NCBI GenBank assembly: GCA_052034955.1
Contig: JBPOHZ010000015.1
Span: 26,998-90,997 of the forward strand
Direction: 5' to 3'
From: Candidatus Saccharimonadota bacterium
Lineage (GTDB): Bacteria > Patescibacteriota > Saccharimonadia > Saccharimonadales > AWTP1-31
Length of the DNA stretch: 64,000 nucleotides
Shown: positions 39,355-49,440 of the stretch, in pieces
Numbering within the stretch: position 1 is the first letter of the stretch
Layout of the letters: each line of letters starts with the position of its first letter
The notes under the pieces: model-generated
Database searches by the model: none
What the model was told of the DNA's origin: nothing
Seen by the model: the letters and a program-made list of their open reading frames with translations, nothing else
Made by a program: the position numbers and the translations under genes

Positions 39355-40395
39355 ATGAGCATACTGAGTGGGGTAAGTGAATTCTTTGGCCTCGACATAG
39401 GCACCACCGCTGTTCGATTAGTTGAGTTGCATAACTCAGGAAAATCGAAGGCGTTAGTTAAGTACGCTTACGTACCAATAGATCCAAACATTGCTATCAG
39501 CGACGCCCAAGGCGACCAACTAAAACTAGCCAATGCAATCAAAGACTTGATTGAACAGTCCAAGGTTACAACCAAGCATGTAGCTGTGGGTGTGCCTTCA
39601 CAGAGGGTGTTCACTACTGTCGTGGATATAGATAGATTGTCCGAGACCGAAATCTCCAAGACTATCCAGTACCAGGCAGACTCGCTTATTCCTACGCCAA
39701 TTATCGACTCTAAAATCGACTGGGCAGTAATTGGCGATTCACCAAAAGACAAAGCTAAAGTAGAAGTACTTCTTACCAGTGTAACTAACGACTTTATCGA
39801 ACAAAGGCTTGATATGCTGGAATCGATTGGTCTCAATGTTATAGCCTTTGAACCAGATCATTTAGCGCTTTCACGGGCAGTAATTCCTTTTGGCACAAAC
39901 GCAGCCCAGATGGTTGTCGATATAGGCAATAGGGCAACTGATATCGTTGTGTGCATGAATGGCGCGCCTCACTTAGCAAGAGCTATACCAACTGGTAGCG
40001 AAGCAATTATCCGGGCAGCTATTCAGAATCTAAGTATCGACGAAAAACAGGCGCAACAGTTTGTTAATAAATTTGGACTCAGCAAAGACAAGCTAGAGGG
40101 TCAGATTTATAATGCCATCATTGGGACTATAGATATTCTAGCCACCGAGATAGAGAAGTCGATCAAGTTTTTCCAGGCTCGTTATCCAGAGGTCAAGATC
40201 GAGAGAATCATTATGACTGGCGGCGCATCGGCGTTACCAGATTTTCCACTGTATATAGCCAATAAGTTTGGCCTTAACGTCGAAATAGGCAACGCTTGGA
40301 GGAATGTATCCTTCCCGGCAGATCGACAGGCGGAATTATTAGCTGCCTCCAACCATTTTGGGGTTGCAGCAGGCCTAGCGGAGCGTGATTCATGA
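39355..40395 (+). CDS. pilM: type IV pilus assembly protein PilM (actin-like ATPase)
   Basis: FGLDIGTTAVRLVEL phosphate-1 motif; ASKHA fold length. Confidence 0.85.
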   Translation: MSILSGVSEFFGLDIGTTAVRLVELHNSGKSKALVKYAYVPIDPNIAISDAQGDQLKLANAIKDLIEQSKVTTKHVAVGVPSQRVFTTVVDIDRLSETEISKTIQYQADSLIPTPIIDSKIDWAVIGDSPKDKAKVEVLLTSVTNDFIEQRLDMLESIGLNVIAFEPDHLALSRAVIPFGTNAAQMVVDIGNRATDIVVCMNGAPHLARAIPTGSEAIIRAAIQNLSIDEKQAQQFVNKFGLSKDKLEGQIYNAIIGTIDILATEIEKSIKFFQARYPEVKIERIIMTGGASALPDFPLYIANKFGLNVEIGNAWRNVSFPADRQAELLAASNHFGVAAGLAERDS

Positions 40396-41087
40396 TTCAG
40401 TTCAACCTACTTCCAGATGTAAAACAAGAATACCTAAAGGCAAGGCGCCAGAAGCACTCGGTTATTGTCATATCTTTGCTGGTGGCTGCATCGTCTTTGT
40501 TCATTTTCATAATGCTGCTAATGACTGTCTATGTCTTTCAGACTGATCATCTTAAGAAAGTAGACAATGATATTGCAGCTAAAACAAAAATTCTAAAAGA
40601 CACACAGGACTTGGATAAGATCTTAACTATCCAAAATCAGCTTGTCAGCCTACCGGGATTACACAGCAAGAAACCAGAGACCAGTCGGCTATTTAAGTTC
40701 ATATCACAAACTACTCCAGCAGAGGCCAGCGTTGGCAAAATTGATCTAGATTTTGCCACCAATTCGATTCAGATTACTGGCACCTCGGATAGCCTAGGAA
40801 CTGTTAATAAATATATCGATACCCTAAAGTTCACAACATATCAGATTGCCGGCGATTCCAAAACCGATTCGAAACCCTTTGGTAAGGTGGTGATGTCCGG
40901 GTTTACCAGAACTCCAGAAGGTGCAACATTCCAGATTAGCATGAACTTTGATATCGAGATATTCGATGTAACCAACAATGTTACGCTGGTCGTTCCAAAG
41001 AGCATTACAACAAGGTCTGAAACAGAGAAACCAAAGGAATTGTTCAAAGCCATTCCGGAACGTAAGCAAAATGGGGAAAATCAGTAA
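40392..41087 (+). CDS. pilN: type IV pilus assembly protein PilN
   Basis: MIQFNLLP..... followed by a single TM helix; overlaps pilM by 4 nt. Confidence 0.7.
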   Translation: MIQFNLLPDVKQEYLKARRQKHSVIVISLLVAASSLFIFIMLLMTVYVFQTDHLKKVDNDIAAKTKILKDTQDLDKILTIQNQLVSLPGLHSKKPETSRLFKFISQTTPAEASVGKIDLDFATNSIQITGTSDSLGTVNKYIDTLKFTTYQIAGDSKTDSKPFGKVVMSGFTRTPEGATFQISMNFDIEIFDVTNNVTLVVPKSITTRSETEKPKELFKAIPERKQNGENQ

Positions 41088-41761
41088 TGGCTAAATTTCA
41101 ACTAACAACCAAGAAAGTCCAGATAGATAAAGCGCAAGCGACGATTGTAGCTACAATCGGCATCGCTGTATTTGTTACTGTCTTCTCATTAGTATCATCC
41201 AAGTCTTTGTGGACTCAACGTACATACCAGGCCAAGGTTATATCAAAGAAAGAAGCGGCACGAGATCAGCTGATAACCAATGTAGAGTCGGTTAGGGGCT
41301 TAGTCACATCCTATAAGCAATTCGTTAATTCATCTACAAATATAATCGATGGAAACCCTTCCGGAAATGGCGAACGCGATGGTGATAACGCCCGGCTGGT
41401 ACTAGATGCGCTACCAAGCAAATACGATTTTCCAGCTCTAACTTCCAGTCTCGAAAAAATTCTAACCGATAGAAATTTCAAGATAGATGGAATTACAGGT
41501 GTTGACGACGAAGTCGCCCAGTCGGCAGTTTCCGAGAGTGGAGCGCCAACTCCTATAGAGATGCCTTTCCAGGTAAGCGTTGATAGCTCCCAGAGCGCAA
41601 TAGAGGAACTAGTAAAGGTGCTGGAAAAGTCTATCCGACCTTTTAATGTTCAAAAGATGACACTTCTTGCAGAAGAGGGCTCCCTAAAGATGACGGCCGA
41701 TATAAAGACTTACTTCCAACCAGAGAAGACTCTTAATACCAGGAAAGAGGTTGTAAAGTAA
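41087..41761 (+). CDS. pilO: type IV pilus assembly protein PilO-like
   Basis: N-terminal TM helix plus a periplasmic domain, in canonical position after pilN. Confidence 0.6.
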   Translation: MAKFQLTTKKVQIDKAQATIVATIGIAVFVTVFSLVSSKSLWTQRTYQAKVISKKEAARDQLITNVESVRGLVTSYKQFVNSSTNIIDGNPSGNGERDGDNARLVLDALPSKYDFPALTSSLEKILTDRNFKIDGITGVDDEVAQSAVSESGAPTPIEMPFQVSVDSSQSAIEELVKVLEKSIRPFNVQKMTLLAEEGSLKMTADIKTYFQPEKTLNTRKEVVK

Positions 41762-42015
41762 TGAAACAAAAAGACATCGCAACTTTTATGGTCGTAGGAA
41801 TTATCAGCGCTATTATATCCGTTGCCTTATCAAACTTGATCATCACTCCCTCCAAGATTAAATCTCAGGAAGCAGAGATCGTAGAGCCTATTACATCTAC
41901 TTTTCCGGTTCCTACCAGCAAGGATAAGTTTTTCAACAAGGACTCTATTAACCCTACTAAGTTGATCCAAATTGGCGAAGACAATAACGAAACTCCATTT
42001 GGGCCATCAAACTAA
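41761..42015 (+). CDS. small membrane protein (PilP-position, function unknown)
   Basis: One TM helix (FMVVGIISAIISVALSNLII); translationally coupled to pilO. Confidence 0.35.
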   Translation: MKQKDIATFMVVGIISAIISVALSNLIITPSKIKSQEAEIVEPITSTFPVPTSKDKFFNKDSINPTKLIQIGEDNNETPFGPSN

Positions 42016-42034
42016 AAGACAAGAGGAGCTCTAG

Positions 42035-43831
42035 TTGAGTGTTCTATCAGCAACAGTTCAAAAGCAGGTCGAAGAGGACTTTATAGACCAGGGTTTAATT
42101 ACCCCAGAACAACTTGAAGAGCTGCATAAGAAAGCCGAGTCGCTCAACAGCCCGATCCTCAGTCTATTGGTCAGCGAAGGGGTAGTCACCGACGAAGATC
42201 TAACTAGGACGACTGCCAAGGTTGCAAATGTTCCATATGTTAATCTAAGCACTGCCAAAATTGACGCCGATGTATTGGCGTTATTGTCACAGGAGATAGC
42301 CGAAAGATATATGGCCGTACCATTAGGCGAGATGCAACACCGTTTAGTGGTTGCCATGCTGGACGCAGATAACGTTCAGGCTGCTGACTTTTTAGCCAAC
42401 AAAATTGGTCGACCACTCAGAGTTTACGCGGCCAGCGAGGCCGGAATTAGGAGAATTCTAAAACAATATTCTGAACGTCTCGACAATAAAATGGTCGATC
42501 TTAAGGCGACTGCCGAGGCTGCGGCCACGCAGGATACGGCCGATAAAAAAGCCGAAGACGACAAGAATGCCTCGGTTCAGACTATTGTTCAGGACTCGCC
42601 GATCAGCAAGGCACTGTCTACTATTCTAGAATACGCCGCCAAGAACAGGGCAAGTGATATTCACATTGAACCTCTCGAGAAAGTACTCAAAATCAGGGCC
42701 CGAATCGATGGTGTGCTTCGTGAAATTATGAAGTTACCCAAGAGCACCGAAGCACCGCTGGTATCTCGTATTAAGATTCTGTCCAACCTTAAGATCGACG
42801 AACACCGTATACCACAGGACGGAGGTTTCGCCATTATGGTCGATAACCATGCTATCGATCTTCGTATCGCCATCAGTCCAGTTGTCTGGGGTGAGCAGGT
42901 GGTTATTCGTTTGCTGGACAAAAGCGGTACCAGCCTGAACCTAGACGACATGGGTTATCATGGACGAGCCCTAAGGACCATCAGGGAAGCTCTAAAGCAA
43001 CCAAACGGAATGATTCTAACCAGTGGACCCACTGGTTCGGGTAAGTCTACATCGCTCTACGCTCTTCTGCAGGAGATTAAAGACGACACCATTAACATCG
43101 TTACCCTGGAAGATCCTGTTGAATACAAAATGCAGGGTATCAACCAGATTCAGGTTAATGCCGAAGTTGGACTAACATTCGCTAACGGGCTAAGGTCTAT
43201 CCTGCGTCAAGACCCCGATGTTGTGATGGTTGGGGAAATTCGTGATAAAGAAACTGCCCAGCTGGCTGTTCAGGCTGCTCTAACTGGACACTTAGTGTTT
43301 AGCACTCTTCACACCAACTCGGCCGCCGGAATTCTGCCTCGTTTGTTAGATATGGGTATTGAGCCCTTCCTTATCGCCAGTACCGTCCACACCGTTATTG
43401 GTCAGCGATTAGTGCGCAGAACATCCGACCAAAAGACTACTTATCAGTCCGACAAGGCCGAAACAGCTGCCATTCAAGCAACACTCGGCGCTTTATTGCC
43501 AGCCACGGCTGCAGATCAGGCCAAGGCCGCCCAAGATTTAGGCTACGATAACTTGCCACTGGCTACCCAAAACGCTTATACTTTATTCAAGGGCGTAGAT
43601 GCTCCCGAAACACCCGGTGGGTATAAGGGGCGGATGGGATTATACGAAGTCTTCGAGATTAGTGAAGCCATCCAGGATCTTATCCTCAAGCGGTCCACAA
43701 GCGCCGAAATACAGAAGGCTGCTAGGGCCGAGGGCATGGTAACCATGCGCGAAGACGGATATTTAAAAGCATTAACAGGCCAAACAACTATATCCGAGAT
43801 CAATCGGGTAGCAGCAACAGATAGCGCATAA
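42035..43831 (+). CDS. pilB: type IV pilus extension ATPase PilB/GspE
   Basis: GspII_E N-domain, Walker A GPTGSGKST, and a tetracysteine-like region. Confidence 0.9.
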   Translation: MSVLSATVQKQVEEDFIDQGLITPEQLEELHKKAESLNSPILSLLVSEGVVTDEDLTRTTAKVANVPYVNLSTAKIDADVLALLSQEIAERYMAVPLGEMQHRLVVAMLDADNVQAADFLANKIGRPLRVYAASEAGIRRILKQYSERLDNKMVDLKATAEAAATQDTADKKAEDDKNASVQTIVQDSPISKALSTILEYAAKNRASDIHIEPLEKVLKIRARIDGVLREIMKLPKSTEAPLVSRIKILSNLKIDEHRIPQDGGFAIMVDNHAIDLRIAISPVVWGEQVVIRLLDKSGTSLNLDDMGYHGRALRTIREALKQPNGMILTSGPTGSGKSTSLYALLQEIKDDTINIVTLEDPVEYKMQGINQIQVNAEVGLTFANGLRSILRQDPDVVMVGEIRDKETAQLAVQAALTGHLVFSTLHTNSAAGILPRLLDMGIEPFLIASTVHTVIGQRLVRRTSDQKTTYQSDKAETAAIQATLGALLPATAADQAKAAQDLGYDNLPLATQNAYTLFKGVDAPETPGGYKGRMGLYEVFEISEAIQDLILKRSTSAEIQKAARAEGMVTMREDGYLKALTGQTTISEINRVAATDSA

Positions 43832-43859
43832 GACGCAAACATAAAGGGATAGGGAACAA

Positions 43860-44921
43860 ATGCAACCACGAATCGAGATTTTACTAGAAGAGGTCATCAA
43901 GAAGAAAGCTTCCGACCTTCACCTTCAAGTTGGCTTGCCACCTATGCTTCGTGTTGACGGCGCACTTGCACCAGTAAACGGCACCGAACCCCTCACCGAA
44001 GAAACTGTTGAATCTTTGGTGTTTGCAATTCTAGACGAAGATCAAAAACAGATTTTATTAAAAGACAAAGAATTCGACTTTTCATTTGCCTTTGGTGACC
44101 TGGGTCGTTTCCGTGTTAACGCTTTCCATGAACGAGGCAACTTAGCCGCCGCACTTCGTTTAATTCCTAACGAGATTCTTAGCATCGAACAGCTTGGCTT
44201 GCCGCCAATAGTAAATAAGTTTGCCGATTACCCTCGAGGATTAGTTCTGGTTACCGGGCCAACCGGATCAGGTAAATCAACTTCATTGGCAGCTATGGTT
44301 AATAAGATCAACCACGAACGATCAACTCATATCGTAACCATCGAAGATCCAATCGAATTTACCCATAAGTCAATCAAGTCGGTCATCGTTCAGAGGGAAG
44401 TCCACTACGATACATATTCTTTCTCGGCTGCGCTTCGATCAAGCCTTCGTCAAGATCCTGATGTGGTACTCATCGGAGAAATGCGTGACCTAGAAACTAT
44501 TAGCTCAGCCATAACCATCGCCGAAACCGGACACTTAGTTTTTGCTACTCTTCACACTAACTCGGCAGCACAGAGCATTGACCGTATGATAGATGTTTTT
44601 CCGCCACACCAACAGCCACAGATTCGATCCCAGTTAGCTAACATCTTGATGGCTATCTGTTCACAGCGTCTCATTCCAGCTATTGGTGGTGGACGTATGG
44701 CTGCAGCCGAGATTCTGGTAGCAACACCAGCTGTGCGTAACATAATCCGCGAAGGTAAAAGCCACCAGCTAGAAGCCGTTATTCAGACCGGTGCTGAGTT
44801 CGGAATGCAGTCTATGGACAAAACGCTGGTATCTCTTATCCATAACGGAACCATAACTTACGAAGAAGCTCGTAACTATGCCGTTGACCTCGACGAACTA
44901 GATAGGTTAATGAGAAGCTAA
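43860..44921 (+). CDS. pilT: twitching motility/retraction ATPase PilT
   Basis: Approximately 350 aa; GPTGSGKST Walker A; the AIRNLIRE motif appears here as AVRNIIREGK. Confidence 0.9.
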   Translation: MQPRIEILLEEVIKKKASDLHLQVGLPPMLRVDGALAPVNGTEPLTEETVESLVFAILDEDQKQILLKDKEFDFSFAFGDLGRFRVNAFHERGNLAAALRLIPNEILSIEQLGLPPIVNKFADYPRGLVLVTGPTGSGKSTSLAAMVNKINHERSTHIVTIEDPIEFTHKSIKSVIVQREVHYDTYSFSAALRSSLRQDPDVVLIGEMRDLETISSAITIAETGHLVFATLHTNSAAQSIDRMIDVFPPHQQPQIRSQLANILMAICSQRLIPAIGGGRMAAAEILVATPAVRNIIREGKSHQLEAVIQTGAEFGMQSMDKTLVSLIHNGTITYEEARNYAVDLDELDRLMRS

Positions 44922-44922
44922 A

Positions 44923-46140
44923 ATGCAGACTTTCGAATATATAGCACGCGATAGCAAAAGTGGCCAGAAGGTCAAGTCTACTGTTTCTGCTGATAGCGAA
45001 CAGGCTGCCGCAAAGCTGATTCGGGACCAAGGATTGGCCCCTTTGAATATAAAGCTGGATAAAGTCGAATCAAACGGAATAAGCGGATTCTTTAACAGGA
45101 TTAAAACCGCCGATAAGGTGCTATTTTCTCGACAACTTTCTACCTTGATTAATGCTGGACTTCCTTTGGTGCAAAGCCTAAGGAGTGTAGCCAGCCAGAC
45201 GCAGAACAAGACCCTGCATTCGGTTATCAACCAGATTATCTCAGACGTCGAGGGCGGTACGGCTTTATCGGTAGCTTTTGGTCGACATCCTAAGGCCTTT
45301 AATAAAGTCTTTATTAGTATGGTGGCAGCCGGTGAAGCATCCGGAACACTCGACAAGGCATTAGAGCGTTTGGCAAACCAGCAAGAGAAAGACGCCGAGA
45401 TACTCAGTAAGGTTAGGGGAGCTCTAATCTACCCTGCGGTTGTGATGTTCGTCATGTTCGGCGTAATCGGATTTATGGTGGTCAAGGTTCTGCCCCAAGT
45501 CGAGACTCTATATAAAGACCTTCCCGGAGCCCAGCTCCCAATCCTGACTAGAATGCTACTTGCTCTTTCCCACGCGATTATTAGCTATTGGTGGATCTTT
45601 ATAATTGTCATTTTGTTCCTGGCAGTATTTACCGGACGATGGGCCAGAACGGTAGCCGGTAAGCAGGTGATTGATAAGCTCAAGATGACTATGTGGCCGG
45701 TAGGACCGTTATTTATGAAGCTCTATATGGCTCGTTTTGCTCGAACAGGTGCCACACTTGTAAGTAGTGGTGTGCCGCTGCTTCAGATGCTTCAAATTAC
45801 GGGTGACGCTATCAGCAACGTTCATGTCGAAAAGTCTTTGTCGCAGGCCTCGGAAAAAGTTAAAGGTGGTAAGGCATTGTCTGAAGCCCTAGAAGGAGAC
45901 CCCAACTTCCTGATTCTGGTGCCAAATATGTTAAGGATCGGAGAACAATCAGGTGCCTTAGAGTCAATGCTCGAGAAAATTGCTGACTACTACGAAAAGG
46001 AAGTCGACACCCAAATCCGCAATATATCTAGCATCATCGAGCCAGTCTTGATGGTAATACTTGGTGTTTTCGCCTTTATAATCGTCGCAGCCGTTCTTTT
46101 GCCGATCTATGGCCTCGCCGGGCAGAATATAATCAGCTAA
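44923..46140 (+). CDS. pilC: type IV pilus platform protein PilC (GspF family)
   Basis: Two GspF repeats and three TM helices. Confidence 0.9.
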   Translation: MQTFEYIARDSKSGQKVKSTVSADSEQAAAKLIRDQGLAPLNIKLDKVESNGISGFFNRIKTADKVLFSRQLSTLINAGLPLVQSLRSVASQTQNKTLHSVINQIISDVEGGTALSVAFGRHPKAFNKVFISMVAAGEASGTLDKALERLANQQEKDAEILSKVRGALIYPAVVMFVMFGVIGFMVVKVLPQVETLYKDLPGAQLPILTRMLLALSHAIISYWWIFIIVILFLAVFTGRWARTVAGKQVIDKLKMTMWPVGPLFMKLYMARFARTGATLVSSGVPLLQMLQITGDAISNVHVEKSLSQASEKVKGGKALSEALEGDPNFLILVPNMLRIGEQSGALESMLEKIADYYEKEVDTQIRNISSIIEPVLMVILGVFAFIIVAAVLLPIYGLAGQNIIS

Positions 46141-46217
46141 ATTGCTTGCATTTTAATCATAAGCATCATATATTTAGATCATCACAATAACGTAACTAAT
46201 GTAGGGGGCATACATAC

Positions 46218-46643
46218 ATGCTACAAAATATAAAAAAACGAACAGAAGGCTTCACAATTATCGAAGTTTTGATCGTCCTAGCAATTGCTGGACTAATCAT
46301 GCTTATCGTGTTCCTAGCAGTTCCAGCTTTACAGCGTAACTCTCGAAACACCGAAATTCGCAACGAAGCATCTCGCTTGGCAACAAGCGCTAACGAATTT
46401 GTTACTAACGCCAACGGTGTCGTACCGGTTGCAGCTGACGTCCCAGCAATTCAAACGTCTGCTGGCCTATCAAGGATTAGTGGCGTGACATTTGGCGCTG
46501 GAACTACAGCAGCAAGAGCTGCTCGATTGGTCGCACCTGGTACTTGTGCCGGCACAACTGCAACTGCTACAGGAGCCCAGGCTCGTCAAGTAGCCATTCA
46601 GTTCGGCCTTGAAGGTGGACAAACAGGTTGTGTCTCAATCTAG
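46218..46643 (+). CDS. pilA: type IV (major) pilin
   Basis: Class III signal K(K)RTEGFTIIEVLIVLAIAGLI with G at -1 and E at +5; followed by a strong terminator. Confidence 0.85.
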   Translation: MLQNIKKRTEGFTIIEVLIVLAIAGLIMLIVFLAVPALQRNSRNTEIRNEASRLATSANEFVTNANGVVPVAADVPAIQTSAGLSRISGVTFGAGTTAARAARLVAPGTCAGTTATATGAQARQVAIQFGLEGGQTGCVSI

Positions 46644-46663
46644 TAGATAGCAATTAGGTCACA

Positions 46664-46692
46664 AAAAATAGCCCCCTCGGGGGCTATTTTTT
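46664..46692 (+). terminator. rho-independent terminator after the pilin gene
   Basis: AAAATAGCCCCC-tcg-GGGGGCTATTTTTT perfect hairpin plus a T-run. Confidence 0.8.
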
Positions 46693-46710
46693 ATATGCTA
46701 GTATAACTAC

Positions 46711-47523
46711 ATGATAATAGTAATGCTTGTTGTTTGGGGGCTATGCCTTGGTAGCTTTGCTAATGCTGCAGTATGGCGTCTGTATAAGCAGTCTAAGGGT
46801 CAAAAAGGTAATAAGTACTCTATCAGTCGAGGCAGATCAATGTGTACTCACTGCAAGCACCTTCTGGCTCCTAAGGACCTTGTTCCGGTATTCAGCTGGC
46901 TTTACCTAAAGGGTAAGTGCAGATATTGCCTTAAGCCAATTCAAGATAATCCTTTACCAGAGCTTATAACCCCGATTCTGTTCTTGGTGTCGTATATCTA
47001 TTGGCCTCATAGCTGGGACGTTTACGGCGTATACTTGTTTGTATTTTGGCTGATTTATATCGTCGGTTTCGTGATTCTGTCATTGTACGATCTACGATGG
47101 TACCTTCTTCCCAACAAGGTAATAGTAGTTTTATCAGTACTTTTTGCCACCCAACTGCTGGGCGAGGTGCTATTTTTTGACCAGACCCCGGGATATCTTA
47201 TCCGAGTTATGGGAGGTAGTTTGGTCGGAGGCGGAATATTCTGGTTAATCTTTCAGGTGTCTAAGGGTAAATGGATTGGTGGCGGGGACGTTAAATTGGG
47301 GGCGCTGCTCGGAGCCGTCTTAGTTGGACCGGTCTTTGCGGCAATGATGATCTTCTTTGCTTCGGTGATTGGAACACTTCTATCTGTACCGCTGTTATTA
47401 AACAAGAAATTAAAAGTAAACTCCAAGCTGCCGTTTGGTCCATTATTAATGACTGCAACAGTAATTGTATATTTATTCGGGCCAAGTTTATGGAGCTGGT
47501 ATCTGTCGAATCTAGGGGTTTAG
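46711..47523 (+). CDS. pilD: prepilin peptidase (A24 family)
   Basis: N-terminal CxxC...CxxC zinc motif, eight TM helices, catalytic Asp pair. Confidence 0.85.
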   Translation: MIIVMLVVWGLCLGSFANAAVWRLYKQSKGQKGNKYSISRGRSMCTHCKHLLAPKDLVPVFSWLYLKGKCRYCLKPIQDNPLPELITPILFLVSYIYWPHSWDVYGVYLFVFWLIYIVGFVILSLYDLRWYLLPNKVIVVLSVLFATQLLGEVLFFDQTPGYLIRVMGGSLVGGGIFWLIFQVSKGKWIGGGDVKLGALLGAVLVGPVFAAMMIFFASVIGTLLSVPLLLNKKLKVNSKLPFGPLLMTATVIVYLFGPSLWSWYLSNLGV

Positions 47524-47551
47524 AGCACAAGGCTTATGCTATAATGAGCGC

Positions 47552-48370
47552 ATGAAACGTGGGCTGGACTCTCTAGGGTTCACTATTATAGAAACGATGA
47601 TTGTGTTGGCTGTATCGGCAGCTATTTTGGTGTCCGCTTTGGGGGTTGTATCGGGATCACAAAACAAGAATTTGTTCAAACAAGCCATGAACGACGTTAA
47701 CGAGCAAATGACAACCGTGATCAATAATGTGGCAAATGGTTACTATCCACGAAATCAGAATCTATCTTGTACTGAGTCTATTGGCGGTACATCACTTAAT
47801 ATTGCCACCGGTACTGGAGACAGGGGTACGGTAAAGAACTGTATTTTCTTGGGACGGGTAGTTCAGTTCCTGGATAACGAAGATTTCTTTAGGATTTATA
47901 GCGTAGCCGGTTTAAGACAAACAGGGACTGTTGTTAAGAAAGAGGTAGAAGGCATGGCCGAAGCGAAGGCTACTACAGTGCCTAGTCCAGACGTAATACC
48001 GCTTAAAAATGGACTAACTGTCGAGGCCGCTCGAGTGGTGGGCGGGGGTAATATCGGAGCGATAGGATTCTTCACCAGTTTCGGACGGACGGCGAGTGGT
48101 CAGTTACAGTCGGGTGCTTTAGCTACGGATTTTGGTCCAATTCCTGGATCTAACTTAACCATTGATTCAGTGGTTTCTCAGGTTATTGATAGTTCAGCGG
48201 CATCCTTCCGCTCTCGATACGACACTGGCGCAACAAAAAATCCTCCAACAGGAGTTCAAGTTTGTTTTAGGAGTGGAACTACAGCAGATGAGTTTGGAAT
48301 AATTCAGATAGGCGGTGGTAACAGGGTTGCGGCCAACGAGATGACGATAAGATTTGGGAGTTGTTGGTAA
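47552..48370 (+). CDS. pilin-like protein (minor pilin 1)
   Basis: Class III signal LGFTIIETMIVLAV. Confidence 0.7.
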   Translation: MKRGLDSLGFTIIETMIVLAVSAAILVSALGVVSGSQNKNLFKQAMNDVNEQMTTVINNVANGYYPRNQNLSCTESIGGTSLNIATGTGDRGTVKNCIFLGRVVQFLDNEDFFRIYSVAGLRQTGTVVKKEVEGMAEAKATTVPSPDVIPLKNGLTVEAARVVGGGNIGAIGFFTSFGRTASGQLQSGALATDFGPIPGSNLTIDSVVSQVIDSSAASFRSRYDTGATKNPPTGVQVCFRSGTTADEFGIIQIGGGNRVAANEMTIRFGSCW

Positions 48371-48373
48371 GTT

Positions 48374-48808
48374 ATGGTACGCAATAATCAAACCGGTGAC
48401 ACTATTGTGGAAGTGCTTATTGCCATTGTTGTTGTTAGTTCAGTGCTAGTCGGTGCATTCTCCATAAGCAACCTCAGCCTCAAGCAAATTAGAATGGCCC
48501 AGGAAAGGGGAGAGGCCCAAGAAATTGCAAAGCAATCTACAGAGAACCTTAACAGCATGATTAAGTTCGACGACACGCTTTTAACTAGGACCACTCCTTT
48601 TTGTAAGAGTGCTACAACTTTTGGTGCCGTAGATGTTACTGATGTGGCCTGTTCATCTGGTAGTGAGGGAAGATACAAAACAACTATCACTAAGGATAAT
48701 CCGGGTGATGTCACTGATTTTGGATTTAGAGTAAATGTTAGTTGGCCGGGTTTGACAGGTTCATTACAGGAAGTAACAATTAATTATCGAGTAAAGACTA
48801 CGGACTAA
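48374..48808 (+). CDS. pilin-like protein (minor pilin 2)
   Basis: GDTIVEVLIAIVVVS N-terminal helix. Confidence 0.65.
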   Translation: MVRNNQTGDTIVEVLIAIVVVSSVLVGAFSISNLSLKQIRMAQERGEAQEIAKQSTENLNSMIKFDDTLLTRTTPFCKSATTFGAVDVTDVACSSGSEGRYKTTITKDNPGDVTDFGFRVNVSWPGLTGSLQEVTINYRVKTTD

Positions 48809-49419
48809 TGAAGAGCAATAACAATGGATTCACAATTGTAGAGTTAATGATAGCGACTACTGTATTCTCTACGGTTTTGTTGCTATGTACTTTCGGGCTT
48901 ATGGAGATTGGCAAGACCTACTACAAGGGTAGTACTATCGCCCGTACACAGAACGTAGCACGTCAGATAGTAACTACACTATCGGAAGCAGTTCAATATG
49001 GATCTTCGGAGCCAACTTTCACAGGAACGCCACCAAACGAAGTTGTGGCCTCAATTCTTACGGCTTCCAATGGGGTCTTCTGTATCGGCGATTCCAGGTT
49101 TACGTACTCAAGTGCCGTTGCTAACGGTACATCAAACGGCCTAGTTATTGATAACAAGCCCCCGGGATCCTGTGTAGCATCAGCTATATCTAATGGCAAA
49201 CAACTCCTAGGAACTAATATGAGGTTGACTAGATTTCAGATACTCAAAAACGGAGGCAATTACAACATAATTGTTAAAGTTACTTACGGCGACACGGACT
49301 TGATTAATCTGGTTGATGTCTCTCAGCCGGTCTATGGTAGCTGTAACGGAGGCAGGGGAAGCCAATTCTGTGCCGCTTCACAGCTAGAGACCACTGTACA
49401 CAGACGACTAAGTAGTTAA
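48808..49419 (+). CDS. pilin-like protein (minor pilin 3)
   Basis: NGFTIVELMIATTVFS. Confidence 0.7.
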   Translation: MKSNNNGFTIVELMIATTVFSTVLLLCTFGLMEIGKTYYKGSTIARTQNVARQIVTTLSEAVQYGSSEPTFTGTPPNEVVASILTASNGVFCIGDSRFTYSSAVANGTSNGLVIDNKPPGSCVASAISNGKQLLGTNMRLTRFQILKNGGNYNIIVKVTYGDTDLINLVDVSQPVYGSCNGGRGSQFCAASQLETTVHRRLSS

Positions 49420-49440
49420 TAATATAAGCATAAGGTTAAT